A stretch of 64,000 bases of DNA from Candidatus Yanofskybacteria bacterium (GCA_016181175.1 JACOZV010000004.1:7718-71717); one strand, 5' to 3'. Positions 28,823 through 39,435 are shown, counted from the stretch's first letter. The notes: generated by a model not told the origin, from the sequence alone. Numbers and translations are program-made.

Positions 28823-31504
28823 CTAATCACATGAACCGGTTGAAGTGGCACAATTCGAACATGTGTAACACGAGCCAGCTCTTTTCATGATAGTACCGCA
28901 TCCACAAACCGGAGCATCGGTATCGACACCACTGATACCGCTTTTTTCTGATACGCTAACAGGTGTTTTATCATGTGGCGGTCCAAAAATTTCTTCCTGG
29001 TCTTCCTTTGAAAGAAACTTCTTGCCAAGCCATTTAAAAATGTAATCAACAATTGAACTTGCGAAACGTATTTCCTGATTTTCGGTTATACCCGCCGGCT
29101 CAAATCTCATGTCTTTAAACTTCTTAACCAGAACTTTTAGCGGCACGCCCGACTGCAGAGCTACCGAAATAAGGGTTGCAATGGTATCAACCAATCCAGA
29201 CACCGTGCTCCCTTCCTTTGCCATGACAATAAATGTTTCACCAGGAGATCCATCGGGATAAAGACCAACGGTCAAATATCCTTCATGGCCGCCGAGAGAA
29301 AACTTATGGGTTATCGCATCTCTTGTGTCAGGCAACTTTCTTCTCGTGTAATTGCCGATTGTCTGGACGAGATTACCGTCAGCAGTTTGTGGATTTACTG
29401 TCTTTTTTGTTTTTTCTTCGTCTGAAACATTCAACGGCTGAACGCTCTTACAACCATCGCGGTAAACGGCCACTGCTTTCAGGCCAAGTTTCCACGACTG
29501 TATAAATACATCGCGAATATTCTCCACCGTGGCACCACTGGGCAGATTGACGGTTTTAGAAATCGCACCGGAAATAAAGGGCTGAACGGCACCCATCATT
29601 TTGATATGACCCGCATAACCGATACTTCTAACACCGTTTTGTGCTTTGAACGAACAGTCAAAAACGGGCAGGTGTTCATCCTTTAGATACGGCGCGCCTT
29701 CTATGGTTTCCTTTTCCAAAATGTAATTTTTGATGTCAGAAACTTGCTGTTCATTGTAACCGAGTTTTTTAAGAGCCGCCGGCACTTGGTTATTTATCAA
29801 CTTAAGTGTTCCACCACCCACGAGTTTCTTATACTTAACCAAAGCCAATTCCGGTTCAACTCCGGTCGTATCACAATCCATCAGGAATGCAATAGTACCG
29901 GTCGGAGCCAATACTGTAGCTTGAGAATTCCGATAGCCAAATTTTTGCCCTAGCCCAAAAGCTTCTTTCCAAACACATTCAGATTCGCGCATAAGATGCG
30001 TCCGCTCACCAAATTGGTTTTGAAGTTTTATGGCAAATATGCCGTGCTTTTCTATAACTTTCAACATGTCTTCACGATTTAACTCATATCCGGCAAACGG
30101 GCCAGTTACTTCCGCAATTCTTGCAGACATGCAGTATGCCTCTCCGGTCATAATAGAGGTAATAGCGGCTGCCACGTCACGGCCAAAATCAGAATCGTAG
30201 GGCAAGCCCATATTCATTAAAAGACTACCGAGGTTAGCATAGCCCAATCCAAGTTCACGGAAAGCAAGAGCATTGGCGGTTATTTTTGGTGTTGGATAAG
30301 AAGAGTTGCCGACAATGATTTCTTGGGCAAGAATCATGGTATCCACGGCTTTTTTAAATGAAACAATGTCAAAACTGCCGTCATTATTCAGAAATTTAAC
30401 CAAGTTAAGCGAAGCTAAGTTACAAGCGCTATCATCCAAATGCATATACTCACTGCATGGGTTTGAAGCGTTAATTCTGCCGGTTTTCGGACAAGTATGC
30501 CAATCGTTAATTATGGTATCAAATTGCATACCCGGATCAGCAGAACGCCAGGCGGCATCCGCAATCCACCTCATGACCTCTCTTGCTTTTACCACCCTGA
30601 GTGTTTCTCCGGTGGTAACCGCTTTGAGTTCCCAATCTTCATCGGCATCAACCCGTCGCATAAATTCATTGCTTACACGCACGGAGTTATTAGCATTTTG
30701 ATAAGGTATCATGGTATATGGACTAAAAAGATCACCGTCAATTGAATTTTGAAAACCGCTGGCCTCTAAAGCCCTCACTTCATCTTCTGCTATTGTTTTA
30801 CAACAAATAAACTGCTTGATATCGGGATGGTCAACATTTAAAACTACCATTTTGGCGGCGCGTCTAGTTGTGCCGCCAGAACGTATCATGTTGGCAAATC
30901 CGTCAGCACCTTTCATAAATGAAACCGGACCAGAAGATCTGCCACCTCTAGATAATGGCTCCAGAGAAGACCTTAGTGGTGAAAGATTTACTCCACTTCC
31001 AGAACCACCCTTAAAAATCCAGCCCTCCTGCCTGCACCATTCAAAAATTGATTCCATACTGTCGTCTATGGATAGAATAAAACAGGCACTACACTGCGGT
31101 TTGTCATAAACTCCAACATTGAACCAGACTGGGCTGTTAAACGCCGCCCACTGATTTATCATCAAGAATTTTAGGTCCTGCCTGAAATTTTCAGCATCTT
31201 GTTCGGTTGCGAAATAGCTGTCCAATATGCCCCAAGCAGTGATTCTATCTACAACGCGATTAACCATCTGCCTGGCACTATTTTCTCTTTCTGATGATTC
31301 TAGTTTACCGCGAAAATATTTTGAAGCCACGATATTGGTCGCGGTCTGGCTCCAAAAATCTGGAACTTCAACACCGTCCTGTCTAAAAAAGATCTTGCCT
31401 TTTTCATTAGTAATTTCTGCCGTTCTTTTTTCCCATTTTATAGAATCATATGGATCGCCTTCACCAAATAAACGAGGCCACGAAAGGCCCTTATTTTTTT
31501 CCAT
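28823..31504 (-). CDS. nrdJ: Adenosylcobalamin-dependent ribonucleotide reductase (class II)
   Basis: NPCSEYMHLDDSACNLASLNL active-site motif and C-terminal Cys-rich zinc ribbon (CGCGTIMKRAGSCYTCSNC). Confidence 0.85.
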   Translation of the reverse strand: MEKNKGLSWPRLFGEGDPYDSIKWEKRTAEITNEKGKIFFRQDGVEVPDFWSQTATNIVASKYFRGKLESSERENSARQMVNRVVDRITAWGILDSYFATEQDAENFRQDLKFLMINQWAAFNSPVWFNVGVYDKPQCSACFILSIDDSMESIFEWCRQEGWIFKGGSGSGVNLSPLRSSLEPLSRGGRSSGPVSFMKGADGFANMIRSGGTTRRAAKMVVLNVDHPDIKQFICCKTIAEDEVRALEASGFQNSIDGDLFSPYTMIPYQNANNSVRVSNEFMRRVDADEDWELKAVTTGETLRVVKAREVMRWIADAAWRSADPGMQFDTIINDWHTCPKTGRINASNPCSEYMHLDDSACNLASLNLVKFLNNDGSFDIVSFKKAVDTMILAQEIIVGNSSYPTPKITANALAFRELGLGYANLGSLLMNMGLPYDSDFGRDVAAAITSIMTGEAYCMSARIAEVTGPFAGYELNREDMLKVIEKHGIFAIKLQNQFGERTHLMRESECVWKEAFGLGQKFGYRNSQATVLAPTGTIAFLMDCDTTGVEPELALVKYKKLVGGGTLKLINNQVPAALKKLGYNEQQVSDIKNYILEKETIEGAPYLKDEHLPVFDCSFKAQNGVRSIGYAGHIKMMGAVQPFISGAISKTVNLPSGATVENIRDVFIQSWKLGLKAVAVYRDGCKSVQPLNVSDEEKTKKTVNPQTADGNLVQTIGNYTRRKLPDTRDAITHKFSLGGHEGYLTVGLYPDGSPGETFIVMAKEGSTVSGLVDTIATLISVALQSGVPLKVLVKKFKDMRFEPAGITENQEIRFASSIVDYIFKWLGKKFLSKEDQEEIFGPPHDKTPVSVSEKSGISGVDTDAPVCGCGTIMKRAGSCYTCSNCATSTGSCD

Positions 31505-31652
31505 TTCTACTCCTTTTGTTAACGAACAAAAATGTAGTTGGAATTATAGCAGTCTAAAAAATATGCGTCAAATTAATCCGACTAACACGATACGATTGAT
31601 TTTTTTTCTATGAAGCCTATGCTTTAAATAACTTGGTCTTTTAAAATATTTA

Positions 31653-32789
31653 GTGGAGATAGTCATGGCAAATAAAATGCGCGTGGGAACTCTTTTAAAC
31701 ACCTTCAAGCTAATACCCAAAATTTTGCAAGATACGCTTTTTTCCGACCCGCACCTTCATCATCCGCTACTGCGGCGGCGAATGGGCAATATCTTGCTCA
31801 AATTGGGCGGGCGATGTTTAAGCGGCATTTACCACGGTCCGCAAATGCCCCCGGAAAAATTGCTTTCAATGTTTAACCTTGAAAACCAAATTGAAGAATT
31901 GAGGAATGCCGGCGCGGAACATTTTGAACTTGATGACGACATAGTTTTCCTAAGACCCGAGATTACACAGTGGTGGCAAAATAAAATACCCTATTTGAGC
32001 CAGCTCAAAGATGAAGGCATAACCTTCAGCGAACACTTATCGCAATTCGGCGGATTGCAAGTTGATTCATTTATACCGGAAATCAGACAAGCTTCAGTCC
32101 AGGCGATAGGTAGAATGGTAAAACTTTTTGAACCGTTACAACCGCTTAATTATGTCCTGCATCTTGGCGGAGACAGATTTTTCCGCTACTTGAATACCCA
32201 TGCCATTGATCCTGTTTTAAGGCAAGAACTTGATAAAATATTCCCCCATTCACCTCTTAAAAAATATGCTCTGCGCAAATTTATACAGGGCTTAGTTTGG
32301 TGGACACAGCATCACGTCAATGACACTATCGTAGTTCCCTCTGTTTTGGAAACAATGAAAGAATTAAAAAAAATAATCCCCGCTCAAAACATTTGTTTGG
32401 AAAACCTGGAACACAGCGACTTTGATATGATGGCCGATATTGTTACCAAACAAATAGATGCCAGGATTTGTTTTGACGTAGGACATGACGTAATCAGGAA
32501 CGGCTTTGAACATCCCAAGCGATTTATTTTGAAATACGGACACAAGATCGCCCAATTGCACCTGCACGATATCCGCGTCATTGCCAGCACCATTTACCCG
32601 TCGGGGTATAAAGAGCCGGTTTATCAAGACCACAAGCCGCTTGGTGATGGGTCTCTTAACCTTAAAAATAATATCTTGATACCGCTAAAAGAAGTCGGGT
32701 TTTCTGGCCCGATTGTCATAGAAGATTATTACCACGACCCACTACCATCAGTAAAAATTCTAAGAAAAGCAATTGATGAAATAAGCTAG
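31653..32789 (+). CDS. Sugar phosphate isomerase/epimerase (xylose isomerase-like TIM barrel) family protein
   Basis: ENLEH, HLHD and DHKPLGDG metal-ligand motifs. Confidence 0.55.
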   Translation: MEIVMANKMRVGTLLNTFKLIPKILQDTLFSDPHLHHPLLRRRMGNILLKLGGRCLSGIYHGPQMPPEKLLSMFNLENQIEELRNAGAEHFELDDDIVFLRPEITQWWQNKIPYLSQLKDEGITFSEHLSQFGGLQVDSFIPEIRQASVQAIGRMVKLFEPLQPLNYVLHLGGDRFFRYLNTHAIDPVLRQELDKIFPHSPLKKYALRKFIQGLVWWTQHHVNDTIVVPSVLETMKELKKIIPAQNICLENLEHSDFDMMADIVTKQIDARICFDVGHDVIRNGFEHPKRFILKYGHKIAQLHLHDIRVIASTIYPSGYKEPVYQDHKPLGDGSLNLKNNILIPLKEVGFSGPIVIEDYYHDPLPSVKILRKAIDEIS

Positions 32790-32796
32790 TTGAATG

Positions 32797-32848
32797 CCGC
32801 CATAACAGGCGGTTTTTTTATTAAAAAAAACCGCCTGTTATGGGGCGG
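32797..32848. terminator. Long bidirectional terminator between convergent genes
   Basis: CCATAACAGGCGGttttttt...aaaaaaaaCCGCCTGTTATGG. Confidence 0.65.
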
Positions 32849-32851
32849 AGG

Positions 32852-34345
32852 TTAAAACCCATGAAGGAATGCTCTCAATGCTAAGTTGGTCAAACCGTTA
32901 TACGGAAGCCACCACGGTTCCTTTGTCTTAAAAAACGGCAAATGGAAAAACGGGTGGTCGTGCCAAACAATAGTCTTGGGTTTTCCGAATCGCTGAATAC
33001 CGGTTCGGCCGTGCCGCGGCAAACCGCCGTATTGGGACGTACTCCCCTTCCGACCGCATTGCGGCGCGTCAGTTATAAACCAGTTTATCATCGCGTCATT
33101 GCCGACAACATTGCCAGCCTGAATATATCCGGCTATTTCATAAAATAATTTCTTGTTTTTGGTAAAAACGGAAGCATTCAAACCCAAATGAGAATCATTG
33201 GCCAAAGAGATGGCTTCTCCGATGTCATCAAATTCCATGAATGGCATTACGGGACCAAAGGTCTCTTCTTTCATCACAGACATCGAATGATCCGTGGGAT
33301 ATAAAATTGCCGGAGTCAGCCAGTTGCCACCATCGCGCAACCGATCTGGCAATTCTTTCCTCCAACAAACATGGGCTCCGGCTTTTTTGACGTCCTCAAT
33401 TTGTTTTTCCACAACATCAAATTGAGCTCTTGTAATCATGGGACCATAATCTCTGCCGGGTTTAAGATCATAGTGCACAATCTGAATGACATAAGACAAA
33501 ATGGCGTGTAAAACTTCTTTGTGAACGTAAATCCTTTCAAACGATTTGCAATATTGACCTGAATTTGCAATTGCACCGTACACCAGTGCTTGGGCAGTAC
33601 GCCGTAAATCCGCATCGGGCAGGACGATTGCCGGCGCCTTGCCGCCCATTTCTAAATTGGGTATGAAGCCGCGAGACTGGCAAATTTCAGCAACTTTTTT
33701 GCCGGTTTTACATGAACCGGTAAAACTAATGTGATCCGCAACTTGGCAAAGTTTCGCTCCAATATCGCCGTAACCCAATAGCACTTGCATCAAGCCCGCA
33801 GGAAAACCGACATTTTTCATAATTTCTTCCAGCTTTAAGGCCGTCAAGGGCGTATATTCAGACGGCTTCCAGATAACCGCGCTGCCAAGAAATAATGCCG
33901 GAAAAATATCTGCCGCCGGAATAGCCAAAGGCAAATTCCATGGAGTAATTACCCCCACAAGCTGATGCGGTTCAAAGAAGACCTTCGCATTTTTATTTGA
34001 TAAAAATACGTGATTAGAAACATGCTCGCAGGCATAAGCTTCACCCCTCCGCTCAAGCTCATGAATTTCGGCAACAGCGGATATCACGTCAACCATCGCA
34101 TCCGGCCAAGTTTTTCCCGTTTCTGATTGATTCGGCTCGACTAATTCATGATATTTTTTTTGAATATGGCGTTTCAGTTTCTTGAAAAGTTTCAATCGAT
34201 CGGAAAAGGAAACTTTTTGCCATTTTATTTGAGCCTTTCTGCCTTCACGCACAAAAAAATCCAATATAGTTTCATCATGACAAACAATTTCTCTAAATAC
34301 CTTGCCAGTGGCAGGATTAGTTACAACAATAGATTCATGGGTCAT
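32852..34345 (-). CDS. NAD(P)-dependent aldehyde dehydrogenase
   Basis: LEMGGKAPAIV (ELGGK motif) and catalytic Cys NSGQYCKSFERIYV. Confidence 0.8.
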   Translation of the reverse strand: MTHESIVVTNPATGKVFREIVCHDETILDFFVREGRKAQIKWQKVSFSDRLKLFKKLKRHIQKKYHELVEPNQSETGKTWPDAMVDVISAVAEIHELERRGEAYACEHVSNHVFLSNKNAKVFFEPHQLVGVITPWNLPLAIPAADIFPALFLGSAVIWKPSEYTPLTALKLEEIMKNVGFPAGLMQVLLGYGDIGAKLCQVADHISFTGSCKTGKKVAEICQSRGFIPNLEMGGKAPAIVLPDADLRRTAQALVYGAIANSGQYCKSFERIYVHKEVLHAILSYVIQIVHYDLKPGRDYGPMITRAQFDVVEKQIEDVKKAGAHVCWRKELPDRLRDGGNWLTPAILYPTDHSMSVMKEETFGPVMPFMEFDDIGEAISLANDSHLGLNASVFTKNKKLFYEIAGYIQAGNVVGNDAMINWFITDAPQCGRKGSTSQYGGLPRHGRTGIQRFGKPKTIVWHDHPFFHLPFFKTKEPWWLPYNGLTNLALRAFLHGF

Positions 34346-34525
34346 TTTGTCTCTTTTTTATTAAAGATCAAATTCTAACCGCAGTCTATTTTAAACATAT
34401 ATAAAAAACAAGGGGGAAGTTACAATTTGACCCCGCCCTTGAAAAGGACGGGCGGGGTTTACAAAATATCAATAATAGTAAAGAATGATGACAACTTGAT
34501 AGCACATTAAAAAGGTAGGTAAAGT

Positions 34526-35593
34526 ATGTCAGAAACAAAAAAACCAACTGCTTTGGTAACCGGCGCCTACGGATTTGTGGGGCCGCATATGATAAAACTG
34601 CTGATAGATAATGGCTTTGGGGTCATAGCCACAGACCATCCAAATGCTAAACCCAAACCATTGCCTTATAATGTGGAATATCAACCGTGCGATCTGGCAA
34701 ATTTTTCAGATGTGGCCTCGTTGATTGCTAAACATAGACCAAACGTTGAATTCCTCGTTGCTTCTATTTTTAGATACGATGTTCCGCGAGAAAAAATTCT
34801 AAAGACCAATCACGCTATCATGAGAAATTGCTTAGAAGCAACGCGAAAATACAATCCTGATGTTCAACATATTGTGGCTTGGATTTCAGCATCCGTTTAT
34901 GGAGAAAGTTTCCGCAAGTCAAAGAACGTAAACGAAGGACATATAATCATTGATCAGCCTCTTTCAGAAAACTCACCAATGCGTCCTCGAAACGCCTACG
35001 AAGAATCAAAGGCATTACAACACATGATTTGCCAAGAATATGAAGATCTTCCTATAACCGAAATTTTTCCGATGGCAATTTACGGACCGGGTGGTAACTA
35101 TGGAGCAATGGTGATCATTGACATGATGGCCAAAAACCAGCTCCCGGGTTTTCCGTGCGGTGGCAAAAATAGAATTAGTTTGGTACATGTCTCGGATGTA
35201 TGCAGGGCGGCGCTTTTCCTTGCTAAACGCCAAGATACAATTGGAAAATGCTTTAATCTTGGCGACCGCTCCAGCTATACCATTAAAGATTTGATGCTGT
35301 GGCTAAAAAAGGAGTTTGAACGGGTAGGAATCAGGGTCGATCTTTTCCCGGTTAGCTATCCGATGTGGCTGATGAAGTTTTTCGCATGGCAATCAGAAAG
35401 AATCGCACGAAAATATAATCACCCGCCATTAGTTCAACGCGATTTCTTGGGCTACTTTGAACGTGGTTATAACTTTTTGGTTAGTTCTGAGTCTATTCGT
35501 AACCTTGGATTTAGATTTCAATATAATGACCCGCTACTTGATGGTGGCCTGCGTGAAACAATTGAATGGATGAGGGAGGAGGGACTGATATGA
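34526..35593 (+). CDS. NAD-dependent epimerase/dehydratase (extended SDR)
   Basis: ALVTGAYGFVGPHMIKLL Rossmann motif. Confidence 0.7.
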   Translation: MSETKKPTALVTGAYGFVGPHMIKLLIDNGFGVIATDHPNAKPKPLPYNVEYQPCDLANFSDVASLIAKHRPNVEFLVASIFRYDVPREKILKTNHAIMRNCLEATRKYNPDVQHIVAWISASVYGESFRKSKNVNEGHIIIDQPLSENSPMRPRNAYEESKALQHMICQEYEDLPITEIFPMAIYGPGGNYGAMVIIDMMAKNQLPGFPCGGKNRISLVHVSDVCRAALFLAKRQDTIGKCFNLGDRSSYTIKDLMLWLKKEFERVGIRVDLFPVSYPMWLMKFFAWQSERIARKYNHPPLVQRDFLGYFERGYNFLVSSESIRNLGFRFQYNDPLLDGGLRETIEWMREEGLI

Positions 35594-36312
35594 TTATTAT
35601 GTTATTGATGGTTCTTGCCAGTATCGGCATTGTTCTTACGGCTGAACGGCACGCAACAACACGCGGTGTAATACGAGGGCTCGCTCAAGCGTATACTCCC
35701 GGCACTTGCCATAGCTTCCTACTTGATATACCAATTCTTCTGCCGCTTGTCGGCTTACTGGTCGAAGTCCTGGCAAGACGCATAAATAGTCTAAGGGCTC
35801 TGGCAATTTTCCCAACCATAACTTCACTCATATTCTTGTTTGCTGGATTTTTTTTGCAAAATAACTTTTTAATGATTTTAGCCTTCATTCTCTATTGCCC
35901 ATTTGTTCCTGGATTATTGTTTGGAGGAAAAACTTGGCTATGGTGGACAATGCGCCAAACACCGCTATATTATACGGCGCTTGTGATTTTCTTGACGATT
36001 TCCGGTTCTCTTTATGTTGATTACATTAATTTTTCATTTCTGACGCCACTACTCGGCCATGCCGAAGCATGGAGTGGAAATCACTTTATGTGGAATTCCG
36101 GGATTGAGGTTGTGGGGTTCAACCCACTTATTGACACGACTGTGCCGACTTACAAAAACTTCCTGGGTTCCTGGAACCTTCTTGCTCTTGTTTTATTTCT
36201 CACCTATCCCTTTGTCATGATAGGTGCCGGCACCAGAATTCATGGATTAATTTTCGGCTATAGTGAAAAACAGACCGGCATTTCCGCTTTATTTTTAGAA
36301 CGCAAAACCTAA
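35590..36312 (+). CDS. Hypothetical polytopic membrane protein
   Basis: GGAGG RBS 8 nt before ATG at 35590; six or more predicted TM helices. Confidence 0.5.
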   Translation: MIIMLLMVLASIGIVLTAERHATTRGVIRGLAQAYTPGTCHSFLLDIPILLPLVGLLVEVLARRINSLRALAIFPTITSLIFLFAGFFLQNNFLMILAFILYCPFVPGLLFGGKTWLWWTMRQTPLYYTALVIFLTISGSLYVDYINFSFLTPLLGHAEAWSGNHFMWNSGIEVVGFNPLIDTTVPTYKNFLGSWNLLALVLFLTYPFVMIGAGTRIHGLIFGYSEKQTGISALFLERKT

Positions 36313-36337
36313 TCGGGATAAAAACCCGATTTTTTTA
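36312..36337. terminator. Terminator
   Basis: ATCGGGataaaaaCCCGATttttttt. Confidence 0.6.
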
Positions 36338-36417
36338 TTAGCCTTTACAAGTTTCGCAATTCGGCGTATTTTTTAGATGAATTATTTGGGTTCTTTTAAA
36401 ATAAGCGGGAGAAAACC

Positions 36418-38400
36418 ATGAAAGATATTCAAAGAATAGCTGTTTTTGGCGCTGGAACTATGGGTTTGGGTATTGCCCAAAACGCCCTGCAAAGCGGCTT
36501 TGATGTTTACCTTTATGATGTTTTTTCGTCAATGGCAAAAAATAAAAATAATAGCGGACCGTTTGAAATTGCGTATCAGGAAACGATTCAAGATTTTAAA
36601 AGAAGACTCTGGCTTGCGCTTTTTTTGGCTAAAGGATCAGATAGCCGGCTCTTATACTATTCCAAGGAAGCCGTAAACTCGGCTTTGAGCCGTATCCAAT
36701 TTTTTGATTCAAGCAATTTAGACTCACTAACTTTGGCCGATTTTATCATAGAAGCAATTTTCGAAGATTCAGAAACCAAAATGAAACTCTACGAAGCGGT
36801 GACCGAAAAAATCGACGACAGTATTCCAATAGCTTCAAACACTTCAACCATAAAAATTGAGACTCTGGCTCAAGCCGTAAAAAATCCACAGAGATTTCTG
36901 GGGATGCACTTTTTTAACCCAGTACCAAAAATGCATTTGGTTGAATTGGTTTTTTCCAAATACACCAACAAGGTAACAGCGGATTCGGCAATTTTCTTGG
37001 CTTCCGCCTTGGGTAAAACCCACGTTATCGCCCCAGATATTCCGGGTTTTATCGTAAATCGGGTTGCACTGCCCATGCTAATGACCACCTTTGAAGTTTT
37101 GTCTGAAAGCACAACTCCCCAAGACATAGACGGAGCTTTTACAAGCGGGGAATGGTTCAAAGATCAAAAGTCATTAAGGATTATGAAGGCTATGGCTAAT
37201 TCTGTTTCAGAGCTCGCAAAAGAAACCGGCTGTAGCATGGATGCCATTGACAAGGCTTTACGATTGGGCTTAAACTGGCCCGTCAAAGCTTCGGAATTGG
37301 ATCGGCTCCTGTCGCTATCGACCGATAAACTTGAAGAACAAAAAGAAGAACTCAAATTCAGGATGGGGCCGGTAATGTTCAGCGATTTAGTTGGCAATGA
37401 TGTCAGCTTAGACGCATTAAAGTCATTCCAAAAACAAGAACCGGAAAAACACTGGTCTATTCCGCCGCTACTTGCAAAAATGGTAGCGGAAAAAAAACTG
37501 GGAATGAAAACCGGAAACGGTTTTTACGAATACAGATCAGGGGTCAGGCTTGATAACCTGGGTGATGGCTACTGGCAAATTACCTTCGGCGATGGCCGAA
37601 GCAACCTTTTGTCGTCATCAATCGTAAAACAACTCCGTGAAGCATTTGAATCGTTAAGAAGCCAAAAAGACATTCGAGCCGTTTTTATTGGAGCCAACGG
37701 ACCGGTAAACGGTGCGAACATCAAAGAGTTTCCCTTGTGTCTGCAAAGTGTTGAGCAAGCACAAAAAGCAGTAAACGAATTCAACGATTTGCTTAAAACC
37801 ATTGAGGATTTTCCGGCTCTAGTTGTCGCGATCATTCGCCAGCGTGCTTTGGGCGGCGGCTACGAATTGGCTCTGGCTTGCGACCGGATTGTCGCCACAA
37901 AAGACAGCCAAATCGGTTTGCCAGAAGTAACCTTGGGTATTATGCCTGGTGCAGGAGGCACGCAAAGGTTGCCTCGCCGCGCCGGAAGGGTTCGTGCTAT
38001 TAACCTAATACTTTCCGGCAGACTCGAAAAAGCCGAACCTCCATTTGTCGATTTCGTTTTATCAACAATAGAACCGCGATTTTTAAAATTACTGTTTGCG
38101 CAACCTTACAAGCCAATCAAACAATCAAAGAACGGACCGCTTAACGAAATGTTTAGCGACAAACTGGCGGCTCTCAAAGAAATACTAAAAATATGGCTGG
38201 GTTGGAAAGTAAAAGGCATGACACCACCTAAATCTTTTGCGTCGGCGTGTCAAACAATAATTCGTGGCAGTAGAAAAACTCTTGAAGAAGGACTGCTATG
38301 TGAAAAAAACGCAATTTTAGAATCTTTCCAAAGCCGTGATGCCGAAGAAGGGATCAGAGCTTTTCTTGAAAAACGTAAACCTAAATTTACCGGACAATAA
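36418..38400 (+). CDS. Fusion protein: 3-hydroxyacyl-CoA dehydrogenase (N-terminal) / enoyl-CoA hydratase (C-terminal)
   Basis: N-terminal IAVFGAGTMGLGIAQ Rossmann; C-terminal crotonase ALGGGYELALACDRIVA; domain order reversed relative to FadB/FadJ. Confidence 0.7.
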   Translation: MKDIQRIAVFGAGTMGLGIAQNALQSGFDVYLYDVFSSMAKNKNNSGPFEIAYQETIQDFKRRLWLALFLAKGSDSRLLYYSKEAVNSALSRIQFFDSSNLDSLTLADFIIEAIFEDSETKMKLYEAVTEKIDDSIPIASNTSTIKIETLAQAVKNPQRFLGMHFFNPVPKMHLVELVFSKYTNKVTADSAIFLASALGKTHVIAPDIPGFIVNRVALPMLMTTFEVLSESTTPQDIDGAFTSGEWFKDQKSLRIMKAMANSVSELAKETGCSMDAIDKALRLGLNWPVKASELDRLLSLSTDKLEEQKEELKFRMGPVMFSDLVGNDVSLDALKSFQKQEPEKHWSIPPLLAKMVAEKKLGMKTGNGFYEYRSGVRLDNLGDGYWQITFGDGRSNLLSSSIVKQLREAFESLRSQKDIRAVFIGANGPVNGANIKEFPLCLQSVEQAQKAVNEFNDLLKTIEDFPALVVAIIRQRALGGGYELALACDRIVATKDSQIGLPEVTLGIMPGAGGTQRLPRRAGRVRAINLILSGRLEKAEPPFVDFVLSTIEPRFLKLLFAQPYKPIKQSKNGPLNEMFSDKLAALKEILKIWLGWKVKGMTPPKSFASACQTIIRGSRKTLEEGLLCEKNAILESFQSRDAEEGIRAFLEKRKPKFTGQ

Positions 38401-38421
38401 AACCTGCAAAAGCAGGTTTTT
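38401..38421. terminator. Terminator between convergent genes
   Basis: AACCTGCaaaaGCAGGTTttt. Confidence 0.6.
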
Positions 38422-38441
38422 AATTTAGCTATTTTTCCAGA

Positions 38442-38960
38442 TTATTCTGACAATCCTGGTCTGTTTTGTTCTATAAAATCCGTTACTTTTGTAGAATTCT
38501 CGTTGCTTAAAATTTGCATGAGCAATTCATCTTCTATAAAAATCGGTGAATTAAAATGTAATGCCATGGCAACCGCATCGCTGGGCCTACTATCTATAAT
38601 TTTCTCTTCCTCGCCTTGTTGACAGTAAATCTCGGCAAAATATGTTGCATCCTCGTCAATTCTGGTAATAACGACTTTGTTTATCTTTATACCCCAATCA
38701 ACAAGAGTATTTTTAAAAAGATCGTGCGTTAGCGGTCTTAAAGTAGCAGCACCCTCAAGTAACAAAGAAATGGCTACATACACAGACTCGTCTATCCAGA
38801 TCGGAAATGTGGAATTTGTTAGTTTGTCCCGAGGCAAAAGAATATAGTGAATTTCTAGGGGCTGATCTTCCTCCTCTTGGCCATCCTTAACCTGGCTGTT
38901 TTTTATGTAACCCTTTATGATTACGGGAGAACTTAAATCAACTATTAACTCTCTCAGCAT
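38442..38960 (-). CDS. Bifunctional nuclease (BFN/DUF151) family protein
   Basis: RPSDAVAMALHF motif characteristic of DUF151. Confidence 0.6.
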   Translation of the reverse strand: MLRELIVDLSSPVIIKGYIKNSQVKDGQEEEDQPLEIHYILLPRDKLTNSTFPIWIDESVYVAISLLLEGAATLRPLTHDLFKNTLVDWGIKINKVVITRIDEDATYFAEIYCQQGEEEKIIDSRPSDAVAMALHFNSPIFIEDELLMQILSNENSTKVTDFIEQNRPGLSE

Positions 38961-39044
38961 TTTGCTTCCTTATTTTAATGAACGAGTAATTAGTTGATGT
39001 AAGAGTATCACTGGTGTTTCTTGCTGTCCAACATTGGTTAGTGT

Positions 39045-39266
39045 TTAAAAACTTATTTCAAAAATTTTGTTTCTTTTTTTTGCGCCACTGATTAGCCTGA
39101 TTTTAGCCGATGACATTTTAAAATACGAAATTAGAGCGGGCACAACCGCTTTGTTGGCTAAACCTCGTTCGGCTTTTTCCTTTACCCTAACTTCCAAGCT
39201 ATCCTCTGACTTTTTTATGATTCCTGTTTTCTTTGAGCCGACGAAAACCTTTACTTTAATCAACAA
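39045..39266 (-). CDS. DUF167 (YggU) family protein
   Basis: KVKVFVGSKKTGI...LEVRVKEKAERGLANKAVVPALISYF...IRLISGAKKRNK pattern. Confidence 0.6.
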   Translation of the reverse strand: MLIKVKVFVGSKKTGIIKKSEDSLEVRVKEKAERGLANKAVVPALISYFKMSSAKIRLISGAKKRNKIFEISF

Positions 39267-39270
39267 TTTA

Positions 39271-39405
39271 TTATTTGCCTTTTATCTTTTTCCAAAGCCA
39301 AAAACCAAGAAGCACTAAGTCAATAAGAATAACAGCTGAAAAAAGTGATGCAAACAAACCAAAACCGCCTCCCCAGCCCATCATGTTTCCCCAATAACCC
39401 ATCAT
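39271..39405 (-). CDS. Unlisted small membrane peptide (44 aa, MMGYWGNMMGWGGGFGLFASLFSAVILIDLVLLGFWLWKKIKGK)
   Basis: ATG preceded by strong RBS aaaGGGGGtg at 7-8 nt; Gly/Trp-rich N-terminus plus one TM helix; not in the >=60-aa ORF track. Confidence 0.45.
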   Translation of the reverse strand: MMGYWGNMMGWGGGFGLFASLFSAVILIDLVLLGFWLWKKIKGK

Positions 39406-39435
39406 GTAGATGCACCCCCTTTCGTTTTAGCCATT

